Source: Candidatus Multivorans sp.
GTDB taxonomy: Bacteria > Acidobacteriota > Thermoanaerobaculia > Multivoradales > Multivoraceae
Length of the DNA: 64,000 nt
Direction of reading: 5' to 3'
NCBI GenBank assembly: GCA_965247095.1
Contig: OZ251997.1
Location: 1,824,001-1,888,000, forward strand
Shown one piece after another: positions 38,086 to 46,983 of this stretch (its first letter is position 1; each line of letters starts with the position of its first letter). A program made the translations under genes and the position numbers. The notes under the pieces were generated by a model. The model worked only from the letters and a program-made list of their open reading frames with translations, was not told the origin of the DNA and did not search any database.

Positions 38086-38480
38086 CCCTGCTCTCGGGCT
38101 TGCAGGCACTACTGCCGCAAGAAGTCGACGCCCAGCCCGAAGGCCAATACGCCGCCAACCGGCGCGCCGACATCCGCTTGGCCTGTTCCGGCTTCCACGT
38201 CCCCATTGAAATCAAGAAGCAATCCCACCGTGCCCTCTGGCGCGCCGCCCGCGATCAACTCGTCGCCAAGTACACGCAGGATCCAGCGACCGGCGGCTAC
38301 GGGATCTTCCTGGTGCTCTGGTTCGGCGAGCCCGAGAAGACTCCGCTAGACGAAACTGGCACCCGCCCCGGCAGCCCCGAAGAGCTCCGGCAACGGCTCG
38401 AAGCCTGCATCGCGAGGCAACTGGCGCCCGATCAGGCCCGGAAGATCGCCGTCCGGGTCATCGACGTCAGCAAGCCCTGA
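38086..38480 (+). pseudogene. C-terminal PD-(D/E)XK-like fragment of a large (probably NACHT/defence) protein
   Basis: PEGQYAANRRADI...PIEIKK...DQLVAKYTQDP..GYGIFLVLWFG; begins at the IS end with no start. Confidence 0.6.
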
Positions 38481-38548
38481 TCGCCGGCAGCCGAGGCGAC
38501 AGGCGGGCGCCTCCCCGCCGACGCCTCCGGCGCAAGCTCGGCGAACAC

Positions 38549-39583
38549 TCAGCGCACGTCGCCGGCACGGCGGAGGAAGTCGTCCGCGTCCCGGCATTCC
38601 AGGGCCAGTTCGATCAGCGCCGGCACGTCCGCCACGCGGTCAATCTCGTCGAGCCATGCGCGGAGCCGCGGCGTCACGGCAATCCCACGCCCGGTCAACG
38701 CCTGGGGAACGGCGGTTCGGAGGATCTCCAGTTGAGCTTCCGATCTTCCTTCGGCCCGCCCTTCGGCTCTTCCCTCGGCCCGCCCTTCGGCCCGCCCTTC
38801 GGCTCGCGCTTCGGACCGCTGCTCTTCCAGCTCCCGGCTCAGGAACGGGTCGTCGGCGGCGCTCGTTCCCTCTGCGGCGCCGAGGACGCCTCCGACCTGG
38901 CGCAGGATGTCGACGGTCTCCAAGGAGGCCTCCGGCTCATTCAACGCCCGGTGAATCGCGGCCGCCGTCCAGCCGGGGAACGCCCGGCTGCTCGCGGCTT
39001 CCACGTACCGGCCCGCCTCCAGGACATGGATCGTGAGACCGGAGCGGCGGGATTTCGGCCGGTACCGCCAGCTCGCCTCCGGCACTTCGACCCAGACCTC
39101 AGGGAACCCCCAGGACTCGTAGATGCTCAGCTTCCGCCGGCGGGCGTCGGTGCTGTAGTCCACTTCCAGGACCACATCCGGCAGCGTGTCGACGCCGTAC
39201 TTGATCTCAGCGCCGCGCGGCGCCTCCCTAGCCGGACGCAGGTAGACCACCTGGTCCGCCGCCATGACCCGATCGTGCCCTCCGTCCGGTCCGCGCACGA
39301 CGAGCGCCGCCGCCCCGATCACATCGATCGAAGAACCTCGTTTCGCCGCGATCAGGCGGACGCAGCCCGCGAGCCGCATCGCCCCGTACTCGTGGTGAGT
39401 GGTCGCGGGCTCGGCCACCATCGCGATCTCGGTGCGCGCGTCCCAGTACTCGAAACGGCCTTCATAGTCGTCGAGTTCGTCGCGCCGAATCCGCACCGGA
39501 TGGCAGCCCGGAAACTCCACGGCTTGCGGAGCGGGGCCATCGTCGGGCACTCCGGGAGGCGTCTTCGCGGCCGGCTCGACCAT
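38549..39583 (-). CDS. Uma2/DUF820 family endonuclease with C-terminal RAEG repeats
   Basis: PDVVLEVD, KLSIYESWGFPEVW. Confidence 0.85.
   Translation of the reverse strand: MVEPAAKTPPGVPDDGPAPQAVEFPGCHPVRIRRDELDDYEGRFEYWDARTEIAMVAEPATTHHEYGAMRLAGCVRLIAAKRGSSIDVIGAAALVVRGPDGGHDRVMAADQVVYLRPAREAPRGAEIKYGVDTLPDVVLEVDYSTDARRRKLSIYESWGFPEVWVEVPEASWRYRPKSRRSGLTIHVLEAGRYVEAASSRAFPGWTAAAIHRALNEPEASLETVDILRQVGGVLGAAEGTSAADDPFLSRELEEQRSEARAEGRAEGRAEGRAEGRAEGRSEAQLEILRTAVPQALTGRGIAVTPRLRAWLDEIDRVADVPALIELALECRDADDFLRRAGDVR
38743..38812 (-). repeat. Imperfect 12-bp tandem repeat encoding (RAEG)n
   Basis: cttcggcccgcc-like units, 4-5 copies. Confidence 0.8.
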
Positions 39584-39663
39584 GGTTCGACCCTACACCG
39601 AGAGCGGCCCCGGAATCGGTCGACGAACCCGGCGGTCGACACCTGCGTCAACGTGGAGGCAAG

Positions 39664-40608
39664 CTACCCACCCCCACTGCCCCGGCGCCACAACAGGATC
39701 GCCGCGTAGGCCCGCACCGGCCGCCAGCTCTCGGCCATCGCCTCCAACTCGGCCGCGCTCGCCGGCTGTTGCGGATTCACCGCCTTGCGCAGTCCCAGAT
39801 CGCTGGCCGGGAACGCATCCGCGTCGCCCAAGGCGCGCATGGCGATGTACTCGACGGTCCAGGGACCGAAACCCTTGATGGCGAGCAACCGCTCCCGGAC
39901 CTCCGCCGGGTCGGCGTCGAACCGCAGAGTGCCGGTTGCTATCTCGGCCGCCATCTCATGTAGCGCCCGCGCGCGGGCGGCGGTCAGGCCGATCGTCCGC
40001 AAGTCGAAGGCGGCAACCTGCTCCGGCGTCGGGAAGGTGCGCTCGAGTCCGGCCTCCCGCAACGTGCCTGGAAGCTCGTCGCCCAATGCCGCAACCAATC
40101 GACCCGCCAGCGTGCGCGCGCCGGCTACCGAGATCTGCTGCCCCAGGACCGCGCGCACCGCGGTCTCGAAGCGGTCCCAGGCGCCCGGAACCCGCACGCC
40201 GGCGAAACTCCTGCTCTCGGTCGCGAACTCCGACGCCGCACCTAGCGTCTCCGCAACCCGATCGGGATTCGCGTCGAGGTCGAATAGCCGCCGGACTCCG
40301 CGGGCGATCGCCTTCTCCGCTTCGGAGCTGGTCGTCTCCGGTTGAGCCGCGCGGACCTGCACTTCGGCCAGGGCACCAGGTCCAAAGCCGACCTGCAGCA
40401 CCGCGGGACCGGCGCCGGCCTCGTGGACCGCGGACGGAAGAGACGCCAGGTCGATCGTCCGGCGGTAGAGCAGCCGCTCCGGGTCGACGACCTCGACGCC
40501 CGGCAGCGCCCGGACGGCAAAGAACTCCAGCAGGCCGCGGACATCGAACGGACGCCGGTAGGCCTCTTCGAAGGTACAGACGGGGAGCGACATGCGGTGC
40601 GGGAGCAT
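39664..40608 (-). CDS. alkA: DNA-3-methyladenine glycosylase II (no Ada domain)
   Basis: RAVLGQQISV, LLAIKGFGPWT, DAFPASD, WRPVRAYA. Confidence 0.9.
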   Translation of the reverse strand: MLPHRMSLPVCTFEEAYRRPFDVRGLLEFFAVRALPGVEVVDPERLLYRRTIDLASLPSAVHEAGAGPAVLQVGFGPGALAEVQVRAAQPETTSSEAEKAIARGVRRLFDLDANPDRVAETLGAASEFATESRSFAGVRVPGAWDRFETAVRAVLGQQISVAGARTLAGRLVAALGDELPGTLREAGLERTFPTPEQVAAFDLRTIGLTAARARALHEMAAEIATGTLRFDADPAEVRERLLAIKGFGPWTVEYIAMRALGDADAFPASDLGLRKAVNPQQPASAAELEAMAESWRPVRAYAAILLWRRGSGGG

Positions 40609-40676
40609 AGTCGCCGGACGCTCGCCTCCGGCGCGATAGCCTCACCGCCCCCTATCGACCGACCAAGGACGAAACC

Positions 40677-41825
40677 ATGACCGAACTCCCCGCCGACGGC
40701 CTCGCACTCCACTCCACGATCCGCGCCAACGACAGCGGCGGCGGCACGGTCGAGCTCGCACTCGCTCGCGTGCCGGTACCCGACCCCGGGCCGGACGAGG
40801 TCGTCATCCGGGTCGAGGCGGCGCCGATCAACCCCTCCGACCTCGGCGTGCTGTTCGGTCCCGCCGATGTCGCAACGGCGAGGGCCGTCGAAGGCGAGCA
40901 CGGCCCGGCCGTTGTCGCCGACATTCCCGACGGGCTGGTTCGCCTGGTGGCCGGTCGCCTCGATCAGACGATTCCGACCGGCAACGAGGGCGCCGGGGTC
41001 GTCGTCGCGGCCGGTTCCTCGGCCCGTGCGCAGGACCTGGTCGGCCGCACCGTGGCCGTACTCGGCGGCTCGATGTACGCCGAGTACCGGTTGTCCGAAG
41101 CGAAGCGGTGCCTCGTGCTGCCCGACGGCACGACGCCGGCGGAAGGCGCATCCTGTTTCGTCAACCCGCTGACCGCTCTCGGCATGGTCGAGACGATGCG
41201 GCTCGAGGGTCACAGCGCCCTGGTCCACACCGCTGCCGCCTCGAACCTCGGGCAGATGCTGCAGAAGATCTGCAGCGCGGACGGCGTGCCCCTGGTCAAC
41301 ATCGTGCGCCGGGTGGAGCACGAGGAACTCCTGCGGGGCCTGGGCGCCCGGCACGTCGTGAACTCGAGTTCCGACACCTTCATGGCCGACCTGGTCGCCG
41401 CGCTCACCGAGACCGGCGCCACCCTCGGCTTCGACGCCACCGGCGGCGGCAAGCTGGCCGGCCAGATCCTGACCGCGATGGAGGCGGCCCTATCCGCGAA
41501 CGCCCCCGAGTACAGCCGCTACGGTTCCGCGACCCTGAAGCAGGTCTACATCTACGGCGGGCTCGACCGCAGCCGGACCGTCCTCACCCGGAACTTCGGC
41601 ATGGCCTGGGGTCTCGGCGGCTGGCTGCTCCCCCACTTCCTGCAGCGAATCGGCCCCGAGGCCGCAGAGAGGCTCAGGCAACGGGTCGCCGCCGAGATCA
41701 GGACCACCTTTGCCTCAAGCTACGCCAATACGGTCACCTTGCAGGAGGCCCTGGACCCGGCAACGGTTGCGGTTTACGCGAAGCAGGCGACCGGTGAGAA
41801 GTACCTGGTCACGCCGCACGGCTAG
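40677..41825 (+). CDS. Zinc-binding dehydrogenase (MDR) family oxidoreductase
   Basis: AAPINPSD, GNEGAG, FVNPLTA, TAAASNLG. Confidence 0.88.
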   Translation: MTELPADGLALHSTIRANDSGGGTVELALARVPVPDPGPDEVVIRVEAAPINPSDLGVLFGPADVATARAVEGEHGPAVVADIPDGLVRLVAGRLDQTIPTGNEGAGVVVAAGSSARAQDLVGRTVAVLGGSMYAEYRLSEAKRCLVLPDGTTPAEGASCFVNPLTALGMVETMRLEGHSALVHTAAASNLGQMLQKICSADGVPLVNIVRRVEHEELLRGLGARHVVNSSSDTFMADLVAALTETGATLGFDATGGGKLAGQILTAMEAALSANAPEYSRYGSATLKQVYIYGGLDRSRTVLTRNFGMAWGLGGWLLPHFLQRIGPEAAERLRQRVAAEIRTTFASSYANTVTLQEALDPATVAVYAKQATGEKYLVTPHG

Positions 41826-41828
41826 CGA

Positions 41829-42788
41829 CTACACCCGGCGGTACGCCAGATCGCCCTCCATGTATGTGAGGTAGAAGGACTTCGGGACGATCCCGCCGCC
41901 CGGGTTGCGGAACCAGAGCGGGCGGCGGTAGACCGTCTCCCCGCCGAGCGACTCGGCGGCGGCCTGGAGCGTGTTCTCCGTAGCCAGTACGGTCGCTTCG
42001 GCACAGCCGTGGCTTGCCAACTCGGCAAGTGCCGCGCGCAGTACCGGCGCCGCCCCCTCGGCCAGGTAGGGCAGGTGGACGATCCGTCCGGTCGGCGGAT
42101 CGTTCGCCCGGTTCACGTAGAGCAACAACGGCCCGAGCGTCTGCCCGGCTCGGCTGAGAGTGAACACGAGGCCGTCGTGCTCGGGACAGGCGGCGAGCCA
42201 GGCCAGGTGCCCGGGATCGGCGACGTTGACGAGCCGGTGGGAGCCGGCATCAGGCGCCACAGCGGCTGGGTCATACGAGAGGAGGTCGACCTCGAGCCCG
42301 GCGGCGCCGCGCGACCCGACCGCCGTCGGCAATCGAAGCTCGCACGCTTCGCCGACCCGCTGGAAACCTCGCAGCACCAGCATCGACTGGGTCGTGGGCG
42401 TACCGCCCAGAACGACCTCGAACTCGGCGTCCGGCACACTGCCGCCCAAGGGCACACCGGCAGCCCCGCGCGAGCCGGGTTCCACCATCCACAGCATCCG
42501 GTGCGCTCCCCTGGCCATCCGATCGTGGATCCGGTAGCTGCTGTTCAACGACCCCACATGACCGACGACCTCGCCCTGCCGCTCGGCGACCAGGGACTCG
42601 ACTTTGGGTCCGGGTGGGCCGCTGAACAGAAGCCACCGCAAGATCTCGGGTTCGCGCCTCAACCCGTAGACGATCTCCGTCAAGTCGGAGAGGCGTTCCA
42701 GGTCGTCTTCGTCCCCGGGGCGCAGGAGGACATCCTTCACGAGCCGTCGCGTAGCAGTGGGCGAGGATCCGCTCTGCAAGTCGTTCAC
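41829..42788 (-). CDS. Hypothetical protein, possible GNAT fold
   Basis: 319 aa, overlaps upstream gene by 4 bp; VAERQGEVVGH. Confidence 0.6.
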   Translation of the reverse strand: MNDLQSGSSPTATRRLVKDVLLRPGDEDDLERLSDLTEIVYGLRREPEILRWLLFSGPPGPKVESLVAERQGEVVGHVGSLNSSYRIHDRMARGAHRMLWMVEPGSRGAAGVPLGGSVPDAEFEVVLGGTPTTQSMLVLRGFQRVGEACELRLPTAVGSRGAAGLEVDLLSYDPAAVAPDAGSHRLVNVADPGHLAWLAACPEHDGLVFTLSRAGQTLGPLLLYVNRANDPPTGRIVHLPYLAEGAAPVLRAALAELASHGCAEATVLATENTLQAAAESLGGETVYRRPLWFRNPGGGIVPKSFYLTYMEGDLAYRRV

Positions 42789-43627
42789 GACCGCTCCGAC
42801 CGGGGCGACACGCCGTCCGGCTCCGCTGTGCCACCCAGCCGGGCGCGAAAGGCCGCGTCACGTTCCGCCCGCAGCCGCAACCCCTCGCGGAACCGCTCGA
42901 TGTTGGCCTCCGCGCGCCCCTTCAAGCGGCGGTACTTGTGCTCCGCCTCGAGCAGCAGCAACTCGTTCCACCCAAGCCCCTCTTCGGTCCAGTGGTACTC
43001 GTGCGTGAGGAGCTGGATCTGGTCGTAGCGGTCGAGCAGCGACGTCACCACGCCTTCCCTCCAGACCTGGGTGCTGTCGGAGAGGTACTTGATCCGTTCG
43101 AAGTAGAGCCGGTCGTAGGCGTCGACGATGCCGGGAATGCCCAACGTCCGGCCCGAACGCATCGGCATGTGAGGGCTCGCCGCCCGAATCTCCGTGTCGA
43201 AGAAGCCTTCGATCAGACCGATCGCGCGCCGCGCCACCTCGACCGGGTCGCCGCCCGAGCGCTCCAGCAGGCCCAGGTCGTAGTGGAAGCCCAGGTCATG
43301 GCCCAGATCGAGGATCTCCTCGACGGCCTCGGCGCCGTCGGCGTCGAACAGGTTGTAGTCGGACCCGATCTGGACAAAGAAGGTCGAGCGCACGCCGGCG
43401 CCGCGGTCGGCCCGGGCCATCGTCAGCGCCGCGTCGAGGCTGAACTCCACGTCGTGCCGCATCAGCACGAAACGCTCCACGTCGAGCAGCGCCTCCCCCA
43501 TCGGCGCCGCCTCCGCGAACGAGAACGTCCGGTGAGTCGCCACAATCCGCGCCAGGATCTCCCGGTAGTGATCGAGCGTGAAGTCGAGGTTCGGATCGGC
43601 GGGGCGATGCGGTCGCGGTCTGCTCAT
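42785..43627 (-). CDS. Polysaccharide deacetylase-like protein
   Basis: LMRHDVE, GVRSTFF, GHDLGFHY, YLSDS, LLTH. Confidence 0.7.
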   Translation of the reverse strand: MSRPRPHRPADPNLDFTLDHYREILARIVATHRTFSFAEAAPMGEALLDVERFVLMRHDVEFSLDAALTMARADRGAGVRSTFFVQIGSDYNLFDADGAEAVEEILDLGHDLGFHYDLGLLERSGGDPVEVARRAIGLIEGFFDTEIRAASPHMPMRSGRTLGIPGIVDAYDRLYFERIKYLSDSTQVWREGVVTSLLDRYDQIQLLTHEYHWTEEGLGWNELLLLEAEHKYRRLKGRAEANIERFREGLRLRAERDAAFRARLGGTAEPDGVSPRSERS

Positions 43628-44688
43628 GCCGGTTGCCAGGAGACTTCGTCCCATATCGCGGTCGCCAAGTCGTCGACCGGACGCACGGCGCCGCCGTCGA
43701 TCCAGTCGACCAGGCGCCGCGTCACGTCAGGGTAGTTCATCGGAATCGGCGCCGGACCACAGATCCAGGACTCGATCTGTTCCACGGTCAGCCGCTCGAC
43801 GACGGTGCCAAGGCCGAGCGCCACGAGCGCCCGGCCGTTGAGGAACTGCTCCGGATGGCGTCCCATCGGTTGGACCAGGAGACGGCGGCCCAGGTGAAGC
43901 GCCTCGCTGACGAGCGAGAAACCCGCATTCGTGATCACTCCGGAGCAGGCGACCAGATCGGCCACGAACGCAGCGCGGTCGTAGGGACGGATCGAGACGT
44001 TGCCGCGGTCGACCGGCGCCGGCACCGGCCGGTAGGCGACGAACCGCCGGTGCGGCAAGCGCCCCAGCAGCCCGACGATGCTCTGCTCGCTCTCCGCGGG
44101 CAGGTAGACGAGGATCCTCTCGCCGGTGTCCGGCGGCGGACCGGCCTCGGCCGCCGCGACCACGTCGGGGCTGATCGTGGGCGGCAGATTCGCGCCGCCG
44201 AAGCGATGCCAGTGCAGGCCGACCGCGGTCCGAACCGGGGTGTAGACGGGTGCGAACAGGCGCAGCGCCAGACGCGCCGGCCCGGTCCGCCCCGGCAGGC
44301 GAAGACGGCGCTGGAACGCATACAGGTGACCGACGCCGATACTCGGCCGCCGGCAGCGACGCGCGATCCAGGCGGAAACCGGCTCGTAGTCGGTCAGCAC
44401 GAGGTCGAAGCAGGACGCATCGAAGCTGCGCACGTCGCGCACGAAACGGGCCACGCGCAACTGCCCAAGGGTCTGGAGCATCCGCACCCGGCCGCCGGCG
44501 GCTCGGCCCGTGAACCCCTCGAGCAGCGTATGGCTGGCACGGATCTCGGGGTCTGCGAACGCCGCCGAAGATCGCCCGGTGAGCAGGCAGTGGACCTCGT
44601 GCCCTCGGCTTCGCAGGCCGGCCACCATCGCCGCCGATCGCACCAGGTGGCCGTGACCTGTGCCCTGAACTCCGTACAGAATCCTCAT
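43624..44688 (-). CDS. MJ1255/VC2487-family glycosyltransferase (GT-B)
   Basis: MRILYGVQGTGHGH, TDYEP, NAGFSLVSEAL, EQFLN. Confidence 0.88.
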   Translation of the reverse strand: MRILYGVQGTGHGHLVRSAAMVAGLRSRGHEVHCLLTGRSSAAFADPEIRASHTLLEGFTGRAAGGRVRMLQTLGQLRVARFVRDVRSFDASCFDLVLTDYEPVSAWIARRCRRPSIGVGHLYAFQRRLRLPGRTGPARLALRLFAPVYTPVRTAVGLHWHRFGGANLPPTISPDVVAAAEAGPPPDTGERILVYLPAESEQSIVGLLGRLPHRRFVAYRPVPAPVDRGNVSIRPYDRAAFVADLVACSGVITNAGFSLVSEALHLGRRLLVQPMGRHPEQFLNGRALVALGLGTVVERLTVEQIESWICGPAPIPMNYPDVTRRLVDWIDGGAVRPVDDLATAIWDEVSWQPA

Positions 44689-44805
44689 ACCGGGACCGTG
44701 GACGGTCTTGTTCCAGACCAGAGCACGCGGGCGGAAGGTAGCATCCGCCGAGCCGCCGTCGCAAGCGAAGGCCGCTGTTACACTGGTTCTGCAGGGGGTG
44801 ACACC

Positions 44806-46191
44806 ACGCGCGTTCTCATTGCTGGCATCGACGGCTACCTCGGCTGGCCGTTGGCCCAGTACCTGACTGCCAGCGGCCACGAGGTTTCCGGCATCGACGC
44901 CGGTTTCCGCCGCGACTGGGTCGCGGAGATGGGCAGTTGTTCGGCCCTGCCGATCGCGTCGCTTATGGCGCGGCTCGACGCGTTCGAGTCCGCCTACGGC
45001 ACTCGCCCGCACGTTGCCCTTGGCGACCTGACCGACCTCGAGCTGGTCTACCGGCTGTTCGAAGAGATCCAGCCGCAAGCGATCGTCCATCTCGGCGAGT
45101 GTCCGTCGGCGCCGTACTCGATGATGGACGCGAAACACGCGGTCTGGGTGCAGCGCAACAACATCGAAGGCACCCTCAACGTGCTCTTCGCGATGCGGGA
45201 CCTGGCGCCCGACGCGCACTTGGTCAAGCTCGGCACGATGGGTGAGTACGGTACGCCGAACCTGGACATTCCTGAGGGCTTCTTCGAGATCGAGTACCGC
45301 GGCCGGCGCGACCGCCTGCCCTTCCCCCGCCAGGCCGGCTCCTGGTACCACTGGAGCAAGGTCCACGACAGCAACAACGTGATGTTCGCCTGTCGCATGT
45401 GGGAACTCAGAGCCACCGACGTGATGCAGGGCGTCGTCTACGGCACCCGCTTCCTGGGCGACGCGACGGGCAACGGGGCAAACCACCCGGTCGGAGAAGC
45501 CCTGAGAACGCGGCTCGACTTCGACCAGGCCTTCGGCACGGCGCTCAATCGTTTCTGCTGCCAGTCCGTGATCGGCGAACCGCTGACCCTGTTCGGGCGT
45601 GGCACCCAGCGTCGCGGCTTCCTGCCCATCTGCGACTCGATGCAGTGCCTGACCCTGGCGGTCGACAACCCGCCGGAAGCGGGCGACTACCGGGTCTTCA
45701 ACCAGTTCGAGGAGACCTACACGGTCTCAGAGCTCGCCTCCAAGGTCGCCTCTGTCGCTTCCGACATGGGCCTCGATCCGCGGATCCGCCGGATCGAGAA
45801 CCCGCGCAAGGAACTCGAACAGCACTACTACAACCCGGACCACGATCACTTGCGCGCCCTGGGCTACCAGCCGACCCGGGACATGGACTCGGAACTCCGC
45901 GCGATGCTCGAGGACCTGCTCCCCCACCACGACCGGATCGCGGCCAAACGCGACGTGCTCCTGCCCGACATCCGCTGGGACGGCAGCCGTAGGAGGTCAG
46001 CCTTTCTGGACGGAGAGAACAGCCTCGACGGAGAGAACGGCTCGGAACCGGACTCGTCGGCTACCGAGCCGCCGTCAGTCGACGACCCGCCGTCACCCCA
46101 CGACCCGCCGTCACCCCACGACCCGGAAGCGCGTGCCGCAGATCAGGATCACGCCGTCGTCGCCCAGGCAGCCCCGCTCGCTCGCGGCTGA
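44806..46191 (+). CDS. sqdB: UDP-sulfoquinovose synthase; start codon position reads ACG
   Basis: RVLIAGIDGYLGW, SAPYSM, HLVKLGTMGEYGTP, YHWSKVHD, QGVVYG, FGTALNRFC, NPRKE. Confidence 0.88.
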   Translation, partial: TRVLIAGIDGYLGWPLAQYLTASGHEVSGIDAGFRRDWVAEMGSCSALPIASLMARLDAFESAYGTRPHVALGDLTDLELVYRLFEEIQPQAIVHLGECPSAPYSMMDAKHAVWVQRNNIEGTLNVLFAMRDLAPDAHLVKLGTMGEYGTPNLDIPEGFFEIEYRGRRDRLPFPRQAGSWYHWSKVHDSNNVMFACRMWELRATDVMQGVVYGTRFLGDATGNGANHPVGEALRTRLDFDQAFGTALNRFCCQSVIGEPLTLFGRGTQRRGFLPICDSMQCLTLAVDNPPEAGDYRVFNQFEETYTVSELASKVASVASDMGLDPRIRRIENPRKELEQHYYNPDHDHLRALGYQPTRDMDSELRAMLEDLLPHHDRIAAKRDVLLPDIRWDGSRRRSAFLDGENSLDGENGSEPDSSATEPPSVDDPPSPHDPPSPHDPEARAADQDHAVVAQAAPLARG

Positions 46192-46875
46192 ACGGGCGCG
46201 ATCCGCGTCCACCGCACGCACGTCGATCCCACCCAGGCCCTCGGGCCGGCCGTCGGTCGGGTGCACGAAGCGAACGTCCGCGTTCTCAAGCGGCATGGTC
46301 GACACGCCACCCCTGTCCTGCAGCGGAATCTGGGCGATCTCGCTCCAACGCGCCGCGATGTCGGCGGGGCGAGGACTCTGGATCTCCGCCGCGACGATGC
46401 CGTCGATCACGTCGGTCCGGCGGCAGCGCTGCCAGTTCTCGCCCGCCGGTTCCCACGGGCCGTCAGGCTCCAGGCCGTTCGTCTGGCAGTCGATCTCGAA
46501 GAAGGACCCGCCGGTGTCCTTGGGATGGAGCTGCATGTTCTGAAAGCCGTGGCGCTCGAACTCGTTGACCACGCGGATGCCCAACTCCTCCACCCGCCGC
46601 CGGCGCGGGGCGTGGTCGTCGCACTGTGTGATCACCATGTAGCCGCCCTCGCCGTTCCGCCTCTCGATGTAACGGCCGCCGGCGGTGTTCTCCTCCACCG
46701 GCGCCACCACCTCAAGCAGTTGGTTGCCGATCGGCAGCAGGGCGTTCTCGAGCCCGAACCGACCGACGCCGGGATCGTTGTAGCAGACCTCGATATCGAA
46801 CACCGCCTCAAGATCCGCCACCACCGGGGCCAGTTCTTCGGCTACCAGACAGATCTGCCGCAGACGCAGCCACAT
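46111..46875 (-). CDS. VOC/glyoxalase-like protein
   Basis: LRLRQICLVA, FGLENAL, GGYMVI, LHPKDTGG. Confidence 0.85.
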   Translation of the reverse strand: MWLRLRQICLVAEELAPVVADLEAVFDIEVCYNDPGVGRFGLENALLPIGNQLLEVVAPVEENTAGGRYIERRNGEGGYMVITQCDDHAPRRRRVEELGIRVVNEFERHGFQNMQLHPKDTGGSFFEIDCQTNGLEPDGPWEPAGENWQRCRRTDVIDGIVAAEIQSPRPADIAARWSEIAQIPLQDRGGVSTMPLENADVRFVHPTDGRPEGLGGIDVRAVDADRARSAASERGCLGDDGVILICGTRFRVVG

Positions 46876-46983
46876 GACGGGGCTCCTTATCCTTGGATTG
46901 TTGGGGGCCGGATCATGGCACGAAGGAGGCGATGCCGGGAGATCGTGGCGCCGTACCGGGATTCGGGCTGCGGGCTGGCGGCC

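Noticed and set aside
38743-38812. Tandem repeat as a CRISPR or contingency locus
   Set aside because: In-frame 12-bp coding repeats with no spacers; common in Uma2/Rpn-like tails
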